Below, piece after piece: positions 56,537 to 64,000 of a DNA stretch of 64,000 nt. This DNA is from Actinomycetota bacterium. Its GTDB lineage: Bacteria > Actinomycetota > UBA4738 > HRBIN12. The notes below the pieces were generated by a model. That model ran no database searches, was not told the origin of the DNA, and saw only the letters and a program-made list of their open reading frames with translations. The first letter of the stretch is position 1. Every line of letters starts with the position of its first letter. The translations under genes were made by a program, and so were the position numbers. The stretch covers positions 1,529-65,528 of the forward strand of contig JBKPRY010000369.1 in assembly GCA_046734755.1 (NCBI GenBank), given 5' to 3'.

Positions 56537-57568
56537 ATGTCGCTGAAGATCAAGGTCCCGGTCGCCTGGTTCGGGCCCGGCACGCTCGTGCATCACGCCG
56601 CCGTGGTCTGCGAGGGTGGTCGCGTCACGTACGCGGGACCGAGCGCGGCGGCGCCGCCGGGGGACGAGTTCCTCGAGGTCGACGGCTTCCTGATGCCGGG
56701 CGTCGCCGACCGGCACGTGCACATCCGCCTCGCGGATCCGGGAGCGGTGCTCCTCGGTGGGGTGACGGCGGTGCGCGATCTGGGATGGGTACCGGAGGAG
56801 ATCCTCGCGCTCGCGAACGCCTCCGAGCTGCCCTCGTTCACCGGTCCGGTGATCCGGGCCGCCGGGCCGATGCTCACCGCGCCGGGCGGGTATCCGACGC
56901 AGGCCACGTGGGCCCCCGCGGGCTTGGGTCGAGAGCTCGAGGGTCCCGAGGATGCGGCCGCGGTCGTGGCCGAGCTCGCGGACGCAGGCGCGGCGGCGAT
57001 CAAGGTGGCGCTGAACGCGGAGGCCGGCCCCACGCCGTCGGATTCGGAGCTCGCCACGATCGTCCAGACGGCCCACGCGCGAGCGCTCCCGGTCACCGCG
57101 CACGTCCAGGGCCCGGGGCAGGCGGAGCGTGCGGTGGGTGCGGGCATGGACGAGTTCGCGCACACACCGTGGACCGAGCGGCTGTCGGACCCGTTGCTCG
57201 AGTCCGCGGCCCGGACGATGCGGATGGTCTCGACGCTCGACGTCTTCTCATTCGGAAAGGTCACGTCCGAGCTCCGCACCGCATGCGACAACCTGGTGCG
57301 GTTCCGATCGGCGGGAGGGACCGTCGTCTACGGCACCGACCTCGGGAACGGAGCGATCCCGGCCGGGATCCATCTCCGCGAGGCGCTCCTCCTGCACGAG
57401 GCCGTTCGGATGACGCCCGAGGAGGTGCTGGGCGCCATGACGGCGGGCCCGATCGCGGTCGACGGGCCGGCCGACCTGATCGTGCTGGGCTCGGATCCCA
57501 TCATGCGGCTCGAGGCGCTCGGGGACCTTCGCGTGGTAGTTCGAGCGGGTCGGGTCGTCTCCGGCTGA
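56537..57568 (+). CDS. Amidohydrolase-superfamily metal-dependent hydrolase
   Basis: HxH (DRHVHI), AIKVAL (candidate carboxylated Lys), VTAHV, FAHT and YGTDLG correspond to the usual amidohydrolase metal ligands. Confidence 0.75.
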   Translation: MSLKIKVPVAWFGPGTLVHHAAVVCEGGRVTYAGPSAAAPPGDEFLEVDGFLMPGVADRHVHIRLADPGAVLLGGVTAVRDLGWVPEEILALANASELPSFTGPVIRAAGPMLTAPGGYPTQATWAPAGLGRELEGPEDAAAVVAELADAGAAAIKVALNAEAGPTPSDSELATIVQTAHARALPVTAHVQGPGQAERAVGAGMDEFAHTPWTERLSDPLLESAARTMRMVSTLDVFSFGKVTSELRTACDNLVRFRSAGGTVVYGTDLGNGAIPAGIHLREALLLHEAVRMTPEEVLGAMTAGPIAVDGPADLIVLGSDPIMRLEALGDLRVVVRAGRVVSG

Positions 57569-57572
57569 GTCC

Positions 57573-58166
57573 TCAGCGGGCCGCCGGGGTGATCGGCTCG
57601 CGGCCGGTCAGCAGCTCATAGAGGCCGGCGAGGGTCCGAACGTCGACGGTCTCGGGAAGCAGCGGCGCGATCTCTCCCTCGCCGACGCCCCAGGTGATGA
57701 CTTCTGCGGCCTGCTCGGTGCCTCGGTCCTTCCAGTCGTCACTCGGGTCGTTCCAGTGGGCGATCCCGCGGATGTCCATGAACCGGTTGAGGATGGCGCT
57801 CTCGATGTGGGCCTCGGTCCAGGCGTGGGCCATCTCGTGGAGCGCGAACTTCCGCTGGTACGGCTCGCTCGAGCTCGTGGTGCACAGGTCGATACGACCC
57901 GCGTGGTAGAGCCCGATGCCCTCGTTGCACGCCTCGTGCGAGCGGTGGAGGTACACGTCCAGGGACGGCATGTCCTCGAGGCCTGCCAGGCGGTAGCGGT
58001 GCAGCGCCCAGTCGACCGCCTGCTCCTCGGCGGCGTTGGCCCCGTGGATCGTGAGGGGGCGGGCGTCCGCAGGGGCGGGGCGCTGGTTCCCGAGGGTGGC
58101 CGTCGCGAAGGCCAGGCACAGGATGAGGGCGATCCGGCTGCTCCGGGTGCGGGTGGCGGTGTCCAT
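57573..58166 (-). CDS. Small secreted protein with a metzincin-spaced zinc motif (HEMAHAWTEAH)
   Basis: Signal-peptide-like N-terminus (RIALILCLAFATATLG). HExxHxxxxxH spacing is identical to HExxHxxGxxH. Two Cys residues. I recognise no family. Confidence 0.55.
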   Translation of the reverse strand: MDTATRTRSSRIALILCLAFATATLGNQRPAPADARPLTIHGANAAEEQAVDWALHRYRLAGLEDMPSLDVYLHRSHEACNEGIGLYHAGRIDLCTTSSSEPYQRKFALHEMAHAWTEAHIESAILNRFMDIRGIAHWNDPSDDWKDRGTEQAAEVITWGVGEGEIAPLLPETVDVRTLAGLYELLTGREPITPAAR

Positions 58167-58300
58167 GACCGCACCCTCGACCCGTGCCTTCGCAGCTCGG
58201 CCGCAACCCGGTCGCAGTTCGCTGGAACGTGACGCAGGTCACCCGGGCGGATGCGTGGATGCATGGCGTTCCCGGGGTGCCCGTCGTACGGTTCGCGGCG

Positions 58301-61300
58301 ATGGAATTCCGGATCCTGGGACCGCTGCAGGTGTTCGATGACTCCCGGCCGCTCGCGCTGGGGGGGCCGAAGCAGCGCGCGGTGCTCGCGCACCTGATCC
58401 TGCGCGCCAACCACACCGTGGGCGCCGAGCAACTCGTCGACGGCCTGTGGGGGGACGAGCCGCCCGAGACCGCCCGGAACACCCTGCAGACCTACGTGTA
58501 CCGCCTCCGCAAGGTCCTCGGCGAGGAGCGGCTCGGGCGGCGCGACGGCGGGTACGTCCTCACGGCGGCACCCGAAGAGGTCGATGCCGCGAGGTTCGAG
58601 GCGATCGTGAGGGACGCCAAGCGGCTGTCGGCGTCCGACCCGGCCGCGGCGGCCACGAGGTTCGGTGACGCGCTCGCCCTATGGCGCGGTGCGCCGCTCG
58701 ACGACCTGGGCCAGGAGCCGTCGTTGCGAGGCGAGATCGCCCGGCTGGAGGAGCTTCATCTGTCGGCCACGGAGCACCGGATCGGCGCCGAGATCGCGAG
58801 CGGACGCAACTCGACCGTGGTCTCCGAGCTCGAGGCCCTCACGGCCCGCTACCCGCTCCGGGAACGGATGTGGGCCAACCTGATGCTCGCGCTCTACCGG
58901 GGTGGTCGCCAGGCCGAGGCCCTGTCCACCTACCAGCGGGCCCGCGACGTCCTGATCGAGGAGCTCGGCACCGAACCCTCGACCGAGCTGCAACGTCTGC
59001 ACCAGCGGATCCTCGAACGCGATCCGTCGCTCGGCCGCACCGAGCGTGTTCGTCCGGTCGTTCGACCCAGCCGCGTGGACCTCCCGCCCGGGACCGAGTT
59101 CGCCGGCTACCGGATCGAGCGAACCCTCGGGCGCGGCGGCATGAGCGTCGTGTACCTGGCCGAGCACGACTGGCTCCAGCGCAGGGTGGCGCTCAAGGTC
59201 CTCGCACCACAGCTCGCCGAGGACGAGCGTTTCCGCGAGCGGTTCGTCCGAGAGTCCCGGCTCGCCGCGTCCCTCGACCACCCGAACGTGATCCCGATCT
59301 ACGAGGCCGGCGCGTCGGGCGGAGACCTGTTCATCGCGATGCGCTATGTGGAGGGGACCGATCTCCGCACGCTCCTGCACGAGGGCGGTGCGCTCCCACC
59401 CGCGAGGACCATCTCCATCGTTCTGCAGGTCGCGGCGGCACTCGACGCCGCGCACGAACAGGGGCTGGTGCATCGGGACGTCAAGCCGGGCAACGTGCTG
59501 CTCGCGCGCCAGCGGAGTTCGGAAGCGGAGGAGCACGTGTATCTCTCCGACTTCGGGCTCACGAAGCGCTCGGCGAGCGACTCGGGGATCACCGGGACGG
59601 GCCAGTTCGTGGGGACGCTCGACTACGCGGCCCCGGAACAGTTCAAAGGCGGCACCCCAGACGCGCGGACCGACGTCTACTCGCTCGGATGCGTCCTGTT
59701 CGAGTGCCTCACGGGCCGGACGCCCTTCACGTCCGAGAACGACGCCGGTCTGATGTACGCGCACCTGCAGGAGGGGCCGCCCTCGGTCACGGCCCAGCAG
59801 CCGGGGCTGCCGCGCGAGATCGACCGGGTCGTTGCGAGGGCGATGGCCAAGGCACCCACCGATCGTCAGCAGACGGCGGGCATACTGGCGGACGAGGCCT
59901 CCCTCGCGCTCCGGATCACGAGTGGAGTGGCCGCGGGCGCGCCCGACCGGTCACGTCTGCGCCGGCTCATCCCGGCGATCGCGGTGGCGATCGCGCTCCT
60001 GGCTGGGATCGTGCTGGCGTCGGTCTTCCGGAGTGAGCCGGAGCGAGCCCGGGACGGATCGCCTTCGTCACCGCCTGCGGTGGCGAGCCCGACGCCGTCG
60101 CCCACCTTCCGGACGGATGAGCGCCCCCTGAGAGGTGATGAGCCTCGCCTCCTCACGTACATCCCACAGGGGATCTCGGAGGATTGCCTCCCGCTGGATC
60201 GTACCGAGCCGATCCAGGGCGAGTTGGCGTCTCTGGTGTGCCGCACGGAGGACGTGGAGGTCCTGTACGAGCTCTTCCCGACTCGAGAGCTGATGGACGC
60301 CGCGTTCCAAGGCGGCGTCAACAGCCGGGTTGCGCCCGACGGCGAATGCGCTACGGACCGGCTCGCCGTCACGCCCTACACGGTCGGCGGGGTGCGGGTC
60401 GGGCGGGTCCTCTGCTACACGATCAAGCACGCGCCATCCGATTCCGTTGGGGTGGAGCATCTGCCGGAGCAGTCGCACATCGAATGGACGGACGAGAACG
60501 CCCTCATCTACGCGCACGCGCTGAGGAACGACTTGGGAGACCTCACCCTCTACGACTGGTGGCTGACCTCCGCCGGCCCGGTCGTGCCGGGGACGGAGGG
60601 CGAGAGCGTGACCGAGAAGGATCGTCCCGCCACGGCGGCCGGGCCATCTCCGCGGGACGGGACGTACTTGGTCCTTCCCCCCAAGGGGTGTGCGGGGGTC
60701 CCCGGCGCTACGTGTTCGCTCCAGATCGAGGCAGGGAGCTATCGGTTCGTGTTCACGGGCGACGCCAGCGCCGCGGAAGCGGGACGGATCCTCATCGAAA
60801 AGCCGGACACCGTCGTGTTCGCCCCTCGAACCGGGCATTGCATGCAAGGGGTAGAGAGTGGGACGTTGCGGTCGACGGATCCGGCGGGATACACATGGTC
60901 CGCGCATGGAGGAACGGTCTCCTTCGAATGGACGAGGGGCGGACATTGCGCCGGGCCGCAGAAGCTGACGAGCGAACCGTGGACCCGCGTCCCCGAGGGG
61001 GTCATCGCCGTCGGGGTCGCCTACGACATCGGCCTCATGAACGCGGGCGGGATCCTTCAACAGAAGTTCTTCATGCCGCAGACGCGTCCCAACATATTCC
61101 CGGACTGGTCCCCCGATGGTTCGCTGATCGCCTTCACGGGAGGGAGCGAGGCCGGGTTCGATGTCTACGTAATGAGCGGCGACGGCACCGATGTCACACT
61201 CCTTACCGGTACCTCGGGAGACGAGTATCAGCCCGCGTGGTCTCCAGACGGATCGCGCATCGTGTTCGCGTTCGACGATCTGGGCGATCCCGACTTCCGC

Positions 61301-61801
61301 TCCGGCGTTGCGATCATGAACAGTGACGGCTCGGCTCGGACGGATCTGGTCGTCCGGGAGAACGAGCGCGTGGAATCGCCGATGTGGTCCCCGGACGGAA
61401 CCCACATCGCGTTCACTGGTTTCAGCCAGGACGGGATCCGGCCGAACGCGTACGTGATGGACGCGGACGGAACCGAGGTCGTCAAGCTCAGTGGGGGACC
61501 GACTGTGGTGCTCGCCTGGACGCCCGACGGCAGTCAGCTCCTCGTCTCGCGGGGAGGCTCGCTGCTCACCGTCGATCCCGACGGCACGCACGAGCGAGTG
61601 TTTCTGGCGGATCCCCCGGAGGACGGCAGGCTCGAGGTCGACTGGTCACCCGATGGACGATGGTTGGTGATGTCCGCGGCCAATCCGAGCGGACATGCGA
61701 GCGGCCATTACGATGCGATGTACCTCACGCGAGTCGGGGGTGGTCAGGTCTTCTTCCTCGGCTCCGGGTCCGAGCCGGATTGGCAACCGGTGGCTCCATG
61801 A
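58301..61801 (+). CDS. Fusion protein: SARP-type winged-helix + BTAD, Hanks Ser/Thr kinase, TM helix, two Cys-containing ectodomain modules, PD40/TolB-like beta-propeller
   Basis: ATG 58301 lies inside ORF 58184..61801. aa 1-240: FRILGPLQV...TLQTYVYRLRKVLG plus BTAD (ALWRGAPL..., YPLRERMWANLMLALYRGGRQAEAL). aa 268-525: GRGGMSVVY, VALKV, HRDVKPGNVLL, DFGLTK, APEQF. aa 556-576: TM helix. aa 930-1160: five repeats of the WSPDG type. Confidence 0.85.
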   Translation: MEFRILGPLQVFDDSRPLALGGPKQRAVLAHLILRANHTVGAEQLVDGLWGDEPPETARNTLQTYVYRLRKVLGEERLGRRDGGYVLTAAPEEVDAARFEAIVRDAKRLSASDPAAAATRFGDALALWRGAPLDDLGQEPSLRGEIARLEELHLSATEHRIGAEIASGRNSTVVSELEALTARYPLRERMWANLMLALYRGGRQAEALSTYQRARDVLIEELGTEPSTELQRLHQRILERDPSLGRTERVRPVVRPSRVDLPPGTEFAGYRIERTLGRGGMSVVYLAEHDWLQRRVALKVLAPQLAEDERFRERFVRESRLAASLDHPNVIPIYEAGASGGDLFIAMRYVEGTDLRTLLHEGGALPPARTISIVLQVAAALDAAHEQGLVHRDVKPGNVLLARQRSSEAEEHVYLSDFGLTKRSASDSGITGTGQFVGTLDYAAPEQFKGGTPDARTDVYSLGCVLFECLTGRTPFTSENDAGLMYAHLQEGPPSVTAQQPGLPREIDRVVARAMAKAPTDRQQTAGILADEASLALRITSGVAAGAPDRSRLRRLIPAIAVAIALLAGIVLASVFRSEPERARDGSPSSPPAVASPTPSPTFRTDERPLRGDEPRLLTYIPQGISEDCLPLDRTEPIQGELASLVCRTEDVEVLYELFPTRELMDAAFQGGVNSRVAPDGECATDRLAVTPYTVGGVRVGRVLCYTIKHAPSDSVGVEHLPEQSHIEWTDENALIYAHALRNDLGDLTLYDWWLTSAGPVVPGTEGESVTEKDRPATAAGPSPRDGTYLVLPPKGCAGVPGATCSLQIEAGSYRFVFTGDASAAEAGRILIEKPDTVVFAPRTGHCMQGVESGTLRSTDPAGYTWSAHGGTVSFEWTRGGHCAGPQKLTSEPWTRVPEGVIAVGVAYDIGLMNAGGILQQKFFMPQTRPNIFPDWSPDGSLIAFTGGSEAGFDVYVMSGDGTDVTLLTGTSGDEYQPAWSPDGSRIVFAFDDLGDPDFRSGVAIMNSDGSARTDLVVRENERVESPMWSPDGTHIAFTGFSQDGIRPNAYVMDADGTEVVKLSGGPTVVLAWTPDGSQLLVSRGGSLLTVDPDGTHERVFLADPPEDGRLEVDWSPDGRWLVMSAANPSGHASGHYDAMYLTRVGGGQVFFLGSGSEPDWQPVAP

Positions 61802-62904
61802 GCGATGGTCCCGCAACCGCCGAACACCCTGAGGGTCTGTCCACGTCACTCGAGGTGAGCCTCGAGGAGCTCCAGCTGTCACAACGCAATCACGGGATGC
61901 AGCTCGAGGGGCTCCGGTACGACATAACCCCGGCGGGGATGCACTATCTCCTGATCCACTTCGACGTGCCCGATGGTGACGAGGCGACCTGGACGCTCTC
62001 GGTCGGCGGGCTGGTGCGTCACCCGCTCAAGCTGTCCGTGACCGAGCTCATGAACCGCCCGAGCGTCACGATGCCCGTGACGATGGAGTGCGCAGGCAAC
62101 GGCCGCGCGCGACTCGCGCCTCGTCCGATCTCGCAGCCGTGGCTCACCGAGGCCATCGGCACGGCAGCCTGGACCGGCACGCCGCTGCGGGGCCTCCTCG
62201 AGGAGGCCGGCATCGGGGACGAGGCCGTCGAGCTCGTGTTCCGCGGGGCCGATCACGGGACCCAGGGCGACGTCGAACAGGACTACGAGCGCAGCCTCTC
62301 GATCGAGGACGCCATGCGGGAGGAGGTCCTGCTCGCGTACGAGATGAACGGCGCGCCGCTGCCGCCGCAGCACGGGTTCCCGCTCCGCCTCGTCGTGCCC
62401 GGCTGGTACGGCATGACGAGCGTGAAGTGGCTGACCTCGATCACGGCGGTGGCCGAGCCGTTCGAGGGCTACCAGCAGGTCGCCTACCGCTTCCGGCAGC
62501 GGCCTGAGGACGAGGGCGAGCCGGTCACGCGCATGAGCCCGCGTTCCCTCCTCGTCCCGCCCGGGTTCCCCGACTTCATGACCCGACGTCGCTTCGTCGA
62601 CGTCGGCGACCACGTCCTCCGCGGCCGCGCCTGGTCGGGATGGGGTCCGATCGAGCGCGTCGAGGTCAGCACGGACGGCGGCGACACCTGGGAGGACGCC
62701 GCCCTCGGCGAACCCGCGTCGCCGTTCGCGTGGACGCCGTTCGACTTCGCGTGGAAGGCAACCCAGCCGGGGGAGTTCGAGCTCTGTTGCCGGGCCACGG
62801 ATGCCGAAGGCAACACGCAGCCGCTCGACCAACCCTGGAACCTCCACGGGTTCTCGAACAACATGGTCCAGCGCGTCCCCGTGGAGGTTCGGGCGCCCGC
62901 CTAG
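61798..62904 (+). CDS. Sulfite-oxidase-family molybdopterin oxidoreductase (no signal or TAT motif seen)
   Basis: ATG 61798 forms an ATGA overlap with the kinase-fusion stop. Mo-ligand cysteine motif TMECAGNGRA, GFPLRLVVPGWYGMTSVKWL, and a C-terminal Mo-co dimerisation-like domain. Confidence 0.85.
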   Translation: MSDGPATAEHPEGLSTSLEVSLEELQLSQRNHGMQLEGLRYDITPAGMHYLLIHFDVPDGDEATWTLSVGGLVRHPLKLSVTELMNRPSVTMPVTMECAGNGRARLAPRPISQPWLTEAIGTAAWTGTPLRGLLEEAGIGDEAVELVFRGADHGTQGDVEQDYERSLSIEDAMREEVLLAYEMNGAPLPPQHGFPLRLVVPGWYGMTSVKWLTSITAVAEPFEGYQQVAYRFRQRPEDEGEPVTRMSPRSLLVPPGFPDFMTRRRFVDVGDHVLRGRAWSGWGPIERVEVSTDGGDTWEDAALGEPASPFAWTPFDFAWKATQPGEFELCCRATDAEGNTQPLDQPWNLHGFSNNMVQRVPVEVRAPA

Positions 62905-62907
62905 GGT

Positions 62908-64000
62908 TCACAGCAACGAGCGAAGCTTCTCGAAGCAGCGGTCGATGTCGTCCTCCGTGTTGAAGAAGTGCGGGCTGATCCGCAGGCCGTCGCCGCGGTA
63001 GTCCGTGCACACGTGGCGTTCGAGCAGCGCGTGGCAGATCTTCCCGGCCTCCGGCCCGACGCCGACGTTCACCACGCCGCCTCGCGAAGCACGGTCACGC
63101 GGGGTTCGGACCGGCAACCCCAGCGCGTCGGCGCGGGCGATCACATGGTCGCCGAGCTCGCCCTGGCGCTCGCGGATCCGTTCGGGCGTGACCTCGGCGA
63201 TCACGTCGAGGCCGCCCTGGGCGATGAAGAACACCGGCGCGGGTGGCGTCCCGTGCTCGAACCGTCTCGCGGTCGGGTGGTACTCGAGGTGCTGGGTGTC
63301 GAACGAGAACGGCTCGGCGGTCCCGAACCATCCGGTCACCATCGGCTCGAGCGATTGGATCAGGTCTCGCCGCACGTACAGGAACGCCAGGCCCGGCCCA
63401 CCGCACAACCACTTCAGGACGCCCGCCGCGTACGCGTCGCACCCCACGTCGTGCAGGTCGAGCGGCACGATCCCGATCCCGTGGTAGTCGTCGAGGAACG
63501 ACAGCGCACCGCGCTCCCGCGCGATCCGGCAGACCTCCTTCGCGTCGACGATCGCGCTGGAGCGGTAGAGCACGCGGTTCACCATGACGACCGCCGTGCG
63601 TTCGTCGATCGCCCGGTCGTACTCCTCGAGCGGGATCGTCAGGCCGTCGGGGGAGCGGAGCCACTCGATCTCGACGCCGCGCCTTGCGTGCGCGAGCCAG
63701 ACGTGTCCGTCGGTGGGGAAGTCGAGCTCGGACATCACGACCCTGTTCCGGTTGCCGAACTCGAGCGCGGAGGCGAACGTCGACATCGCGATCGAGATGT
63801 TCGTCGTGATCGCCAGCTCGTCCGCGTCGCACCCGGCGAGTCGCGCGAAGGAGGTCTTCAACGCGCGCATGCGCGGGAAGATGTCCTCGAACCACACGTG
63901 GTCGGGGGCGCCCTTGGTCGCCCAGGCGTCGAGGTATGCGTCGAGATAGCGCCGCGAGCGGTCCGACACCGGCCCGAGGGACGCGCTGATCAGGTAGGCC
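62908..64000 (-). CDS. Class-V (fold type I) PLP-dependent aminotransferase/desulfurase/kynureninase-like enzyme (5' partial; the frame is open to the window edge)
   Basis: The frame continues past the ORF-track start (…AYLISASLGPVSDRS, typical class-V N-terminus). Candidate PLP-lysine context AAGVLKWLCGGPG. The stop is 3 nt from the convergent sulfite-oxidase stop. Confidence 0.8.
   Translation of the reverse strand, partial: AYLISASLGPVSDRSRRYLDAYLDAWATKGAPDHVWFEDIFPRMRALKTSFARLAGCDADELAITTNISIAMSTFASALEFGNRNRVVMSELDFPTDGHVWLAHARRGVEIEWLRSPDGLTIPLEEYDRAIDERTAVVMVNRVLYRSSAIVDAKEVCRIARERGALSFLDDYHGIGIVPLDLHDVGCDAYAAGVLKWLCGGPGLAFLYVRRDLIQSLEPMVTGWFGTAEPFSFDTQHLEYHPTARRFEHGTPPAPVFFIAQGGLDVIAEVTPERIRERQGELGDHVIARADALGLPVRTPRDRASRGGVVNVGVGPEAGKICHALLERHVCTDYRGDGLRISPHFFNTEDDIDRCFEKLRSLL

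Noticed and set aside
1-64000. Screen for CRISPR arrays, IS/transposase genes, integrases, rRNA, prophage, or toxin-antitoxin and defence cassettes.
   Set aside because: I saw no spaced direct-repeat arrays, no DDE/tyrosine/serine recombinase motifs, no rRNA-like segments and no paired small ORFs. The only mobile-element-like trace is the decayed LAGLIDADG-like gene at 37.5-38.0 kb.

Overview
High-GC (~70%) actinobacterial-type chromosomal core segment. It is almost fully coding and mostly on the + strand. Order of content: (1) a complete dcw division/cell-wall cluster, ftsI-murE-murF-mraY-murD-ftsW-murG-murC-murB-ftsQ-ftsZ-yggS-sepF-yggT-divIVA, largely chained by ATGA/GTGA start-stop overlaps; (2) ileS on the minus strand behind a T-box leader with an intrinsic terminator; (3) a dksA/traR-like gene, lspA, rluD, a Cas4-like PD-(D/E)XK nuclease and dnaE; (4) a divergent hisA/priA-like gene heading trpC-trpB-trpA; (5) a LIV-type ABC importer plus an FAD oxidoreductase; (6) tRNA-Leu(CAA) next to a decayed HTH/LAGLIDADG-like gene and an orphan binding protein; (7) two paralogous polar amino-acid ABC importers, one followed by a small cupredoxin; (8) a 540-bp unexplained non-coding gap, then polA-rpsA-coaE; (9) a HAD/DUF2203/2-hydroxyacid-dehydrogenase operon, an ABC-2 exporter, uvrB and an amidohydrolase. 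The most unusual locus is at 57.5-64 kb. A secreted HExxH mini-protein is divergent from a 1166-aa single polypeptide that combines a SARP/BTAD DNA-binding domain, a Hanks Ser/Thr kinase, a TM helix, Cys-rich ectodomains and a PD40 beta-propeller. That gene is translationally coupled (ATGA) to a sulfite-oxidase-family molybdoenzyme, which is convergent with a class-V aminotransferase. I saw no rRNA, CRISPR array, IS element or prophage. Product calls rest on motifs I could read in the translated ORFs. Many start codons were re-picked inside over-long ORF-track entries, using frame-consistent start/stop overlaps.
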